DNA of 62,411 nt, counting the filler, from Sluysia triapertura (lineage: Eukaryota), in assembly GCA_046118255.1 (NCBI GenBank). It is 4 parts of 4 records of this genome, joined end to end, with 100 filler letters (N's around TTAATTAATTAA, not from the genome) between each part and the next. Parts side by side here need not be neighbours in the genome. Positions count along the whole stretch, not along the records: positions 13,817 to 27,455 come from JBJNIA010028057.1; 3 more parts are not named here. One strand, 5' to 3'. The notes beneath the pieces were generated by a model. That model saw only the letters and a program-made list of their open reading frames with translations. It had not been told where the DNA came from and did no database searches. A program made the translations under genes and the position numbers. Shown here in pieces: positions 13,717 through 24,120 of this stretch. How positions within the stretch are numbered: the stretch's first letter is position 1; each line of letters opens with the position of its first letter.

Positions 13717-13816
13717 NNNNNNNNNNNNNNNNNNNNNNNNNNNNNNNNNNNNNNNNNNNNTTAATTAATTAANNNNNNNNNNNNNNNNNNNNNNNNNNNN
13801 NNNNNNNNNNNNNNNN
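13717..13816. other. Artificial contig-joining spacer (44N-TTAATTAATTAA-44N)
   Basis: Exactly 100 nt with a central 12-mer that gives stops in all six frames. Identical spacers occur at 27456 and 50069. Confidence 0.97.
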
Positions 13817-14362
13817 TTGACAAAGCTTTAAAATCCTACGTGAACGTCCATTATAGGTAAATCGTTTAGCGTAGGCGGACCCAAAATATAAATATATCAT
13901 TTTTTATAATTGTTCGAAGAGTTAAGAAAAAACCGAACAAAAGCTTATTTTAGTACTTATAAATGTACATCATTATACTTCATAAGAAAATTTAGTAACC
14001 ATTTCCTTTTTGATAAATTCACACAAATGAATTTTCATATATGATCAAAATTCGTAAGCTTAAAAACTAAATATTAAATGTTCTTTAAAATATTAACACT
14101 TAGTATTTCTAATGTATTTCCAATTAGTGTACATAAGTGGTATTAAACTAAATAATTATATACAACGAATTTACATTTAATATAATTGTTGCAATTTATT
14201 CGAATTTTGATTAAGCCAAAAAATCAACGATATATGTCCCTCAAACAGTGTCAAGCAATCCTACTGTCCTTTCCAGATTAGTTTTATACATACAATTTCA
14301 GAAACTATTTTATTTAGTTAATTAACATGATTAAAATGTAAAATAAACAAAATTCATTATAT

Positions 14363-15034
14363 TTATACTGAATTTACAATTCTTTGTGCTCCAACGGGAA
14401 ATAATTGAATAGATTTAAAAAGACACAAATAATGCCTATTAATACTAATAAATTGCTTAAAAGTGGAATCTTTAAAGTACATTTTTATTTCACCATCAAC
14501 TAATTTGGAAAAACCACTTTGTAGTGGCTTAAATTCTATAAAAACTGAACTGTTATGTCGTAACATATTAAAAATAATGAATTCATGCTCATCTTCTTTA
14601 CCAAAAATGATTGCTTTTGTTAATTTATTATTATTATCGATGTTATTGCACAGGTCATAAATTTCAAATAAATGAATACCGATATGAACTAATTTTGTTA
14701 GATTATCAATAAATAAATAACCACTAGAATTATTAATAAATTCTTTCAAATCACTGATTAAATTTGCATGAGATTGATAATCAACGTTTTCAAAGTAATT
14801 CACTTCATTTTTTAACCGGAAAAAACCACTAGTTTGTAAAGCTTGTTGATAATACTTTTTTGTTCTTGTTAAACAGACAACATTTATTGGTAATTCTGAA
14901 TAAATGGTAAAATTAGGCAAGAACGATAGAAATACAGATAATGCATCAGTTTCATTTTGATCAATAAATAATATTTTCTTAGGATCTAGTTTATGTTCGT
15001 TTAATAAATTTTGAAACTCTGTAATAAAATCCAT
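14363..15034 (-). CDS. ELP6: Elongator complex protein 6 (RecA-like fold), intronless, 223 aa
   Basis: Intact ATG-to-stop ORF with motifs KILFIDQNETDALSVFLSFL, INVVCL, LFIDNLTKLVHIG and HNSSVFIEFKPLQSGFSKLVDGEIKM. The last matches the ELP6 hallmark PLxSGxxKxVxGxL. Length is typical. Confidence 0.85.
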   Translation of the reverse strand: MDFITEFQNLLNEHKLDPKKILFIDQNETDALSVFLSFLPNFTIYSELPINVVCLTRTKKYYQQALQTSGFFRLKNEVNYFENVDYQSHANLISDLKEFINNSSGYLFIDNLTKLVHIGIHLFEIYDLCNNIDNNNKLTKAIIFGKEDEHEFIIFNMLRHNSSVFIEFKPLQSGFSKLVDGEIKMYFKDSTFKQFISINRHYLCLFKSIQLFPVGAQRIVNSV

Positions 15035-16501
15035 TAATTAAATAATAAAAAGCAATATCACTATTAAATTTAATTATCAATATTTAAACAAAAATAATTT
15101 TATAAAATACTATTTTTATTTGTAAATCGATTTTCATTTTGTTAATTTAGAACTAAATTAATCTAAAATTACTAAATTTGCTTTTCGGAACAAAATTATT
15201 TTTGTAAATACTAAAAATACACAAATTGTTAAACATTAAACAGTATAAATAACAGTGAAAATGTTTCAATAAAAATTATGCAAGGTTTTATGTTAAAATG
15301 CAACTGCGCAAAATAAATTTTAGTCGGGTTAGGTTGTAATTAATGGCTTTTGAACTTATTGGTGGCAGTCCACATGATTTTTACGACATCAAATAATAAT
15401 AATGAAATTATTGCAACAAAATTAATAACTCACCAACTCAATAAGTCAGTAGTGACTAAACTTATAGCACAAATTTATTAAACAGTCAGTACACCAAGAC
15501 ATAATTCACAAAAGATATAAGAAATTTTCTAAATTTTCTGATTTTCTATTGTAAATCATAACTCAAACGTTAAATAAAATCTTTAATCATAATCATATAT
15601 TCTTAAGTCATCGAACTCTCTTCATATTTCTTGTGAAAACTTCGTTAAGCCTTTCAACATTTAACTGATCCATCTCTGAAGTCTGAATTTACAAAATTAA
15701 ATTCTTTGTTATTTGCTAGTAAACAAATTGTATACAGATAAATTTTGAGAAAATAAAACTTCATTTTTACATAATTTATTTAGTCTTTACAGCTTCTAAT
15801 TATGTTTATAATCACTATGATACACCAAACACTTTATTACAAATTTTGTCGTTTCTGAAATTTAAAAATAATACTTCGTAAATTGTTATGTAATGGCCAA
15901 TCCAGTGAAATGTAAAATGGCTACATCAGTGCTAATTCAAATTTTATTGGAGCAAATCAATTAACATTGTAGTTGAAATGACAGAATAAAAATGGCTGAA
16001 AAATAAAATTCACGATACAAATAAAAACAATGGCAAAAAAGCAAACAAAAAATGTAACGAACAATTTGCGATAAGTTTCTAAATGTAATGTCCACTCGTC
16101 TTATAAATTCTATGCTGACATCCTGAGAAAAGTTGAAAGTGATGTAGTCATGATGAGATTTAATGATCGTATTAAGGTGATTTATGTTAACAGTGACAAA
16201 ATTTCACTTTCTAATGACGATCAAGTTAATCAGTACCATCACTTATACTAAGCTTTTCTTATAATTGAGTCTCATCATTGCCAAGCAATATTAACAATTC
16301 TAAAAGTCCAGATTTCATTTTAGTACGGTTTTTGTATATATATTAAATGTCGTTTCCATTAATTCAGTGATGGATAAAAGTGTACCAAAACAAGATTCCG
16401 AATCAGTAGACTTATTAAAGTTGAGAGTATTTAGAGATTCTTAATAGTATTGTATGAATGATAATCCTCTTTCCGTTAAAAGTTTCTTGTATGATTATAG
16501 A

Positions 16502-18044
16502 TAGGGTTTCCAATACCGGACCAAAAATTCAATACCGGTATTCGGTATTTCTAAAATTTAAAACCGGGATACCGCTTTTAAAATCGGTATTAGATATTAT
16601 AAAAAAATCCAACCCTTACTGGATTTTGTTTAATTTGCTTATTTTTAATGAAAAATAAAATGTTACAAATAATTTTTACATATTTTAAATAATAACAGTA
16701 AAAAGAAAAATATTAAACTGCAACAGATATTTTTATTTCTTTAATTCACAAAAAATAGTTGTACATTCGGGGCAATTATTGCATATTTTTAAAACGCGAT
16801 CTTAGAAAACACAACGCATAAACTGTAGTTTAGTGCAAAAATTACCAGCAGTCGAAAAATCTTTTTCAGCTTCTACACTAGTTGGAGGAATGGTTAACAA
16901 TGCGCGATATACCTTTCTAAATATTTACCTCTAAATCCATCATGTAAAAACAAGTCGACTTCTGTCTGGATGGTTGTCGATATATCTGATCTAGGAATGT
17001 AGTTGGACTTTTAATTATATATATATATATATTGTAATAATCACTAATTCTAATTTTTCCTTAAGCGAAAGTTTCATTTCATCATCATTCTCGTTCTCTA
17101 TACCTTTATCGTTTTATTCTGAATAACTACAAGGATCCGAATAAAATGTTTCAATGAAATTTACTAAAAAAAATATTTTCCTATCTTTTTGCAATTATTA
17201 TAATTGTGTAGATACAGTAAAATATCTTCTATTTTAGTGTGCCTTTCTTCTATCCGATTCTTTAAAGCAATATATAATTCATACGATAGTTGTGTATGTT
17301 GTTTCCTTAGTGATTGTAACATAAAATTAATTGTCGCATTTGCTGTCAATAGATTGACATCTCTACAACATAATACCTCCACAGCTAGTTTCGCGGGAAG
17401 TAAAGTGGGAACAGTCTTAGATATTAAGTCAAATTCATCTTCGGAAAAGTCAATAGGCAAGTTCAAATCAATAATTGTTTTTTTAATTGGAATTTTTTGT
17501 TTCAAAAACCGTTCCATCATTATAAGAAAACTAATGACAACATATACTGTGTTTTATTTTCTGTAAGTAGTATTTCTGTATCAGTGAATGTTTAGTGGGG
17601 GAACGTTTAAATATTTTGACGATTTTTCGAATTTTGTCAATTACATCTTGAAAATCTTGATTACATGACAATTCTTCTCCGTAGGAAATTTCTGGTTCAA
17701 AACTAACATTATCAAAATCTAAATAAATTATCTTTTAAAAATGTTTTTTGAAGTTTTTTTATTATTATATATATTTTGTCAAATATATTTTGTCGTTATA
17801 ACTACAATTTTTTGCACAGATGAAATATCTAACAGAGAAAGTGAAATATATTGGCGGTCTTAGATCGTCGTAAACATATATGACGATCTTAAAACATTCA
17901 TGTGATATTTCTTCCTTCTTGATCACGCGAAATGTTTTATACAATTTAACTAAAATCTGCTTAAAATTTTTTCTCCTTAAAAAACCGGTATTACGAAATC
18001 GAAAAAAAGTCCGGCATCCCAGGATCCCGGTATTGGAAACCCTA
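16502..18044 (-). mobile_element. Internally deleted hAT DNA transposon with both ends
   Basis: Perfect 18-bp TIRs TAGGGTTTCCAATACCGG (16502-16519) and CCGGTATTGGAAACCCTA (18027-18044). 8-bp TSDs ATTATAGA and ATTGTAGA. Subterminal AATACCG-type repeats. Transposase remnants: ORF 17520-17164 (MMERFL...LLPAKLAVEVLC) and the hAT dimerisation motif YRALLTIPPTSVEAEKDFSTAG at ~16910-16845. Confidence 0.92.
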
Positions 18045-20256
18045 ATTGTAGATTAAAATTATCTTATCATATGAAACAGCATTAATTTTTACTTGTGTAA
18101 AGTTTGAATGAAATTAGTATTTTCCGAAGCCGAATAATAATAACTATTATTATAGCCTCGAATTGTTTGTGCATGTTTCTCAAGAATTTCGTTATCTAAT
18201 CCAAAAAAATAATATAAAATTCTTTTTTTAAAAAAGAAACATTCATCACTTTCAGAACTATTGCTTAATCAAAATTCGAAGTGATAATTGATATTTCAGT
18301 ACAAATAATGACTCATTTCATCTTTAAAATGTGTTTATGCAATTTAAAATTCTTAAAACTAAGAGGTCGAAATATTTTTGTTATAGTCATTTATTTTTAG
18401 AATACATATTTAAAATCATTTAATATAAAATTTAATCAAATATTACTTAAACAATCGTTTAAATAATAAAAATTAATTATTTTCATTTAAGTAAACATAA
18501 TAAATAATATTTTAAAAGCTTTTAAGTATTTATTTCATAGTTAATATTAGCACTATAAAAATTTGTAATAATAAAAGCTGGAAAATAATATTTCAGAGTC
18601 AATAATGATGAAAATAATAACCACAACAATAAAATTAGTGATAATAATAATAAAGTAATAATTTTATGAATGTTCAGATTAGATTTAAGATATGAGACGA
18701 TGTTTAAGATCGTAAGAAAATCAGAAATAAATAAAATTTACTTTGTAATTGAAGGGATTTAGAAATATAACTCATATTTTAGTCAAACTTCTATCTCTTT
18801 AAAACTAGAAAGGAATTAAAAGTATTCACGATTGTTCTTAATCATAAGTTTATAGCTTGACTAAACGTTTTAGAATCATTGTGACAATTTTATAGCTTCC
18901 ACATAAGACTGCATTATGAATTAAAATTAAGTGAGTGAAGGTAACTGAACATCAAAGTTTTAATAAAATCATAAAATCATAAACATTATTATAAAATAAA
19001 TTTGCTAATTATGTCTGACAGCTCATTAGTTATAGTATTTAATTTCGCATCGAAAGTTCAATTCTTGAACCAAGTGTAACAAAATGTACTAAAATCATAT
19101 AAAGTTAATGAAATAATAAAATTCAATAAGATTAATAAATTAAAAAATCAAGTACATTTTTTGTCGATATTATTTTATTGATTTGATTTTATGATTAATT
19201 TTTGGATTATTCTTTACTTAAAAAATGATATGTTATAGACTCAAGAATTAAATAAGGAATTCTAAGTAAAAATAGTAACCATGAATTTACTAGCCATAGA
19301 TTAGTGAAATGTTTGATTGGCAAACAAATTATGGAATATTTCAGTATTTATTCTCAATATTTCAATAAATATCAATGTTTACTTTCTAATGTTAAATGTT
19401 CGTAAATTAATTCCTATTATCGTATTACCAATTAGAATGACATTTCAAAAACTCCACATTTATCTTCTGAATTTATAACGTTTGCAGGGAACATTTAAAT
19501 TGAAATTTGATATATAAATATCATCTTTTAGCTAAACACTTAATCATTAATAATTTGGGTAAAATTAATGAGAAAGTTAATGTTAGAACAAAAAATTCAA
19601 CGAAAAATTTATTTATTTCGACTTATTTAGTTACACTGAGCTGTTTTCATTGTATTTCGGTTCTAAATATATTATCAAATTAGATTGGATAGTATTTGTT
19701 AGTTTCACGAATTATCAATCGTTTTAATAGTAAACTTTGTTTCAATATTGTTTATTTATTTCAAAAATTAATTATGCTTCGCAATGAGAACTGCAGAAAC
19801 AACAAAGGGTATCAAAAATTTATTCTACAATTTAGTTATGATTTGAATCAATATACATAATATTTATTCCAAACTACTTTTCACCATGACTCACATGACT
19901 GCAATATTGAGATAAGTCACAAAATGTGGGAATACATCTCTTTACAGAGATTATATAATAAAACAGATTTAATCAATGTAAATTATCCGTAACGAAGCTC
20001 TGAAATGAATATAAAGCTTTATTTTTCAATATAACTTTCATCTATAGTAAGGCACACTTCAAAAACCAAATTCCATTTTAAAGAAATCAGGTCCTTAAGG
20101 GGAACCAGAAACGGAATGTTGCGATAAAAATAAGCCTCTTTATTGGTTAAAACGAAATTTTATTTTAAATATAAAATGTGATTCTTGTATCTTTTGTTTT
20201 TCAATGAATTTAATTAATTTTGAGATTTAATAACAATGATATAAAATAAAACCAAC

Positions 20257-21922
20257 AGAAAGTTGAGAATCGATTTCTACTGATAAAATTTCCATAATTA
20301 CACTGATCACATCTAAATATTAAGTAATACTTCTTGCTAAAATTTACTAACGTTGTTTGTCTAATATTCTCTGATTCATAGGATGAGGCTCTTCTTCTGC
20401 TTTAGGTAAATGGCAACATCTGTGAATATTAATGAATATGTTAATTAAAATAATCATTAAATAATTAAATTATATTNNNNNNNNNNNNNNNNNNNNNNNN
20501 NNNNNNNNNNNNNNNNNNNNNNNNNNNNNNNNNNNNNNNNNNNNNNNNNNNNNNNNNNNNNNNNNNNNNNNNNNNNNNNNNNNNNNNNNNNNNNNNNNNN
20601 NNNNNNNNNNNNNTGTGGTTTCCATGCGCGAACATTGTTCCTTTGACCATTTTGCTTTTGCCATCATCCTTAATAAAGGCACCTTTTTAGCAACTTCGCG
20701 ATAGACGCAACATGAATCTGTAGTAACAAGTACTAAAGATTCAGATGCTGACGAAAATGTATCACATCTTCCAGAATATAATAAGTTAAGAATTTTAAGA
20801 GCCATATGGTTCATTTTAGCATACTTATAATGTGCAAGATCCTATAAATATAGAAAATAATACATTATGGAATTAAATGATTTCGAAAATATTTAATTAT
20901 TGTAACATTTAATCATTTGAATTATGTAAAATAACTATGAAGATATATTTTAAATTAAAAAAAGCTTTATTATTTTGTGCTTTTTTATTACACAAATGTG
21001 CACTTTTTGTTATGTTATTACATGTTTACCTAATCAAAAGTAAATCAGCAATAGTAGACTTCTCCTAATTATGTTTATAAAATTCTTTGCAAATTGTAAA
21101 TATTTTTATGTTTAATTTTATGTAATTAGAATCAAAAAATACTAAAATTCAAAAAGTCTTTACCTTTACCTTTACTAAACTTGTTACTGAAGGATTTTAG
21201 TCTTTAAAATCATTATTTATAAAATAAAAGATTGAATTATACATATTAAAGTCTAAAAAAGTTTAAAAATTCCAATAACACATGTTTAAACAAAAATGTT
21301 AACATTAGTACATAAACTTAAATAAACAACGCAATATTATAATTAACACTTTGAAAGATTAAACATGGTGAACATAATTGATAAATATTGATAGATAAAT
21401 AATAATAAAAAATAAATATAATTATGTATAAAATGTAAAATATGTATTAAATAAAATATTAAATTAGTTATCATTAATTTTAAAAATAATTTTTATATTT
21501 GTACCTGACATATTACCATATATATATCCTTTATATGGTAAATAATAAAACACATTTAAAAAATTACAAAAATGATCAACGTACTATGAGAATACTTGTC
21601 ATTTGCTCTATTTTCACGTGTGTTGTCACATCGAACATCTCTTTTAATTCTTTTGTCATCATTCTTTGTCTACGAACTGCTGCTCTAAATAAAATTTTCT
21701 AATTAAATATTCGTTTTAGATTCAGATTTTCATTTTTACTGTCAGATACAAATTTTATGGTGATGATGATTATTATTATAGTAGTTTTAAATTAAAAATT
21801 AAAATTATGAATTTCTTAAAATAATTATAAAAAGCTAAATTTAGTCAAAGAATTATACAATAATAAAATTTATGTTAATGATAATTTACATCTTCTTCAA
21901 AAACAGTTCCTATAGAGCCGAC
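20257..21922 (-). CDS. ITPR-like: Divergent inositol 1,4,5-trisphosphate receptor-like Ca2+ channel, internal exons
   Basis: Exons: 21922-21890 (VGSIGTVFEED), 21698/21684-21585 (..AAVRRQRMMTKELKEMFDVTTHVKIEQMTSILI), 20841-20614 running into a gap (DLAHYKYAKMNHMALKILNLLYSGRCDTFSSASESLVLVTTDSCCVYREVAKKVPLLRMMAK..), 20419-20352 (CHLPKAEEEPHPMNQRILDKQ) and 20312-20257 (HVISVIMEILSVEIDSQLS). These align by eye to IP3R [43 protein letters not shown]...QQRLLRNMGAHAVVLELL, the region at the start of the second RIH domain. Confidence 0.75.
20477..20613. other. Scaffold gap (137 N) interrupting an ITPR-like exon
   Basis: N run without the linker 12-mer. Confidence 0.95.
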
Positions 21923-22889
21923 CTAATTATAAATGACACTTGAAATATAAACAAATCTTTCACAATAGTTTCAAGTAAATTATAATGTTTTAGATATTAT
22001 TGAGTAATTTATTATATAAACAACTTTGTTCATAATTTGTTGTTTCCACGAAAAAATAGAAATGCAAAAGTGATTTATGTTTAATTTATAAAATGTTCAT
22101 TTAATTTATGTCAAAAAAGATTCCTTTTTATAATTGCATATAATTATAATCATAATTTATAATTTATTTACAAAAATATTTTCATAAATATTTATCATAA
22201 CATTCTAATTCTAAGATGCCGAATTTAGAGCTGTTATTTAAATCTTGTCATTCTTAGTGACAGATGATTTATTATCATTATTAAAGTTATTATTATTATT
22301 ATTCAGATCTTTTTATTGCTTGAATCTTTCGCATACTATTAACATTATTATCATTCAGACATTTATTAAATATTCAAGGATTGTAGCAATATTGTTATTT
22401 CGTGAAGGAATTGCAATGAAGTAATTATCATATTCAACTTAGTGTTCCATGTAGCTTCGCATGTAATATTTTACCAGTAACTTTTTAATTAATAAATTAT
22501 AACAATATTTTATTTAGATGAAAATAAAATGTTTTGACACATATGCACACGCACATTCTACATTAACTAATGGATAAATTTGTAATTTTATACAAAATTA
22601 TTGACATTGGAAATAAATTATGTACAAATTATAAATTACAATAAATTATGGAAATAAATTATAAATTAATATAAAATTTATTTAGGTAAAAATTTTAGTA
22701 TATACATATTAGTTATTGTACTTTTACAATTGATTTAAAATTCCAGCATTACACATGTGTTAGAAGACTATTTGAAGTTATTTTCGATCCTATATAAAAT
22801 AAAAATAACTTAAATAATTTAAATATTTAAAATTATTAAATATTTTAATAATTTTAAGTTTTGAGCAAAAATACAGATTACTTAGTTTA

Positions 22890-22892
<3 letters not shown>

Positions 22893-22977
<85 letters not shown>
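22893..22977. repeat. Palindromic microsatellite (AAT)n-(TAT)n
   Basis: An AAT run abuts its own reverse complement with no spacer. Centre at ~22929/22930. Confidence 0.95.
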
Positions 22978-22980
<3 letters not shown>

Positions 22981-23681
22981 AATTGCCAATATAATTAATG
23001 TTTGACAACTCTCTATAAACAAATACTGAATAATATTCTACCCTAAATATTAATGAAATAATTAAATTCGAATTTTATTGGTTTTTCCTTAATTTAAAAT
23101 GTATATAAATTCTTTAAGAAGTTTAATGTTTAAAATTCAAACTCCTGAAATAATTCTACAAGACAAGAAAATTTGCGACATATAAATGATATTTTTAATG
23201 ATCAACGTAATGAAAATGAGCAACATGACGATAAGAACCTCATTTTATCACCAAACAGAAGATGGTGACGATGTTGGATATAACTACTTGCATAATAGTT
23301 AATTATTTAAAGCATGTATTTAACAGTCATCGTTTGCATTTTCTTGATGACCCAATAATATACACTTATACTGTGTCATTAAGTAAAATTATTTTATATG
23401 ATACAGGTAGTGTTAAAAAAACAATTAAATGTAATAAGTATTAAATCATTAATACTCTGTAAAATCGTTTTATTTAACAAAAATATGTAATAAAAAATTT
23501 CGATAAAAATCCAAGAATACAAATAAAACATCGAATCCGAGAAATTACCAAGAATAACATTCAAGCAGATAAATACAATGATTTTTTATTTGTGTTTTTA
23601 GTATTTTATTAATAATATTATTTAAAACATAAAATATATATAAAAATTTAAATATTAAAATGACTCTAAATAAATATCACA

Positions 23682-24120
23682 TTTCAAACTACAGACCCTA
23701 GTGGTAAAACAAATTTTGTTTGTAAATTATTGCAAAGAATTAAATTTAATAAAACATATTGGATCTAAGGTGGTTATAGTAAATCATGTTCAACTAAATT
23801 AGAATTTTGTAAGTTAAAATATCGATAACTGATTGATCAAATTCATTTTTAAAAAGTAAATAACCAACATTTAAATTATGCGTTCGGTAATTACCACTTT
23901 GGTGAGAATGATGTAATTGTGTAATGTTCTTAAATAAATTATTAAATTCGCTTTGTTTCTTTGCTTCATCACATAAATCATCCATATCAATTAAGTAATA
24001 TTTTGCGCATTGTTTTAACCAAATATTATCAAATCCATTAATGTAGGAAAATAACTGGTAATAATTTAATTTAATAATTTAACATAATTTAAATGTTGGT
24101 TATTTACTTTTAAACACAGT
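23682..24120. mobile_element. Rearranged Polinton/Maverick-type DNA-packaging ATPase (A32/FtsK-like) remnant
   Basis: Plus strand from 23682 gives FQTTDPSGKTNFVCKLL (degenerate Walker A). Minus strand 24000-23794 gives YYLIDMDDLCDEAKKQSEFNNLF..ITQ..NYRTHNLNVGYLLFKNEFDQSVIDIL, resembling the Polinton ATPase pattern hhhDDL..E....LFT...ITQ....RT.SLN..Y..LFKN.RD. A ~33-bp inverted duplication lies at 23848-23880 and 24083-24114. Confidence 0.6.

Noticed and set aside
13761-13772. TTAATTAATTAA as a biological palindrome or piggyBac site
   Set aside because: Centred in identical N spacers three times, so it is an assembly linker.
14463-14660. Plus-strand ORF (also 17204-17566, 21499-21702, 37794-37997, 56082-56318)
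   Set aside because: Antisense shadows of ELP6, hAT transposase, ITPR-like or EF-hand exons.
15360-15368. PBS-like TGGTGGCAG
   Set aside because: No recognisable LTR or gag next to it, and a 9-nt match is insufficient.
20465-20650. ORFs running through N gaps (also 33391-33687)
   Set aside because: Length is an artefact of X codons. Only the exon portions are real.
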